Origin: Vitrella brassicaformis CCMP3155
Lineage: Eukaryota > Protista > Chromerida
Direction of reading: 5' to 3'
Length of the DNA stretch: 64,000 nt
Assembly: GCA_001179505.1 (NCBI GenBank)
Contig: CDMY01000395.1
Coordinates: 310,001-374,000 of the forward strand
The notes under the pieces were generated by a model. It made no database searches and was not told where the DNA came from. It saw only the letters and a list, made by a program, of their open reading frames with translations. Each line of letters opens with the position of its first letter. The first letter of the stretch is position 1. The translations under genes and the position numbers were made by a program. Shown here piece by piece: positions 63,933-64,000 of this stretch.

Positions 63933-64000
63933 CGTGGGGTGCCATCTTCCCCGCAATGAAGCCGGACGGTTGCGAATGGTAGGCGAGACGAATGCAGCAG

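Noticed and set aside
1-64000. CRISPR array, rRNA/tRNA genes, transposase or reverse transcriptase, telomeric or spliced-leader repeats
   Set aside because: None recognised by eye on either strand; the short repeats present are simple microsatellites without spacers.

Overview
Intron-rich, GC-rich eukaryotic genomic DNA. The short introns full of (CA)n/(TG)n runs, the bipartite (signal + transit) plastid-type leaders and the gene content best fit a chromerid alveolate such as Vitrella brassicaformis; this is inference, not a database match. About 17 ordinary or hypothetical genes are present: a GCN2-type eIF2-alpha kinase, a truncated eEFSec/SelB, an M20/ILR1-like amidohydrolase, an alpha/beta-hydrolase, an OPR/HPR helical-repeat protein, RlmN, an SLC22-like MFS transporter, a RING protein, a TmcB/TmcC-like multi-TM protein, an RIIa/ropporin-like protein, ISN1, an RsmI-like methylase and several secreted or low-complexity hypotheticals. 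The most striking feature is four dispersed ~2.2 kb copies of one 8-exon, intron-retaining, F-box-like gene. Each copy has its own inactivating lesion(s), sits head-to-head with an unrelated host gene just downstream of a CTGCGAGCT promoter motif, and is a sequence mosaic of the others. No rRNA, tRNA, CRISPR array or transposase was recognised. Exon boundaries were read by eye and are approximate where stated.
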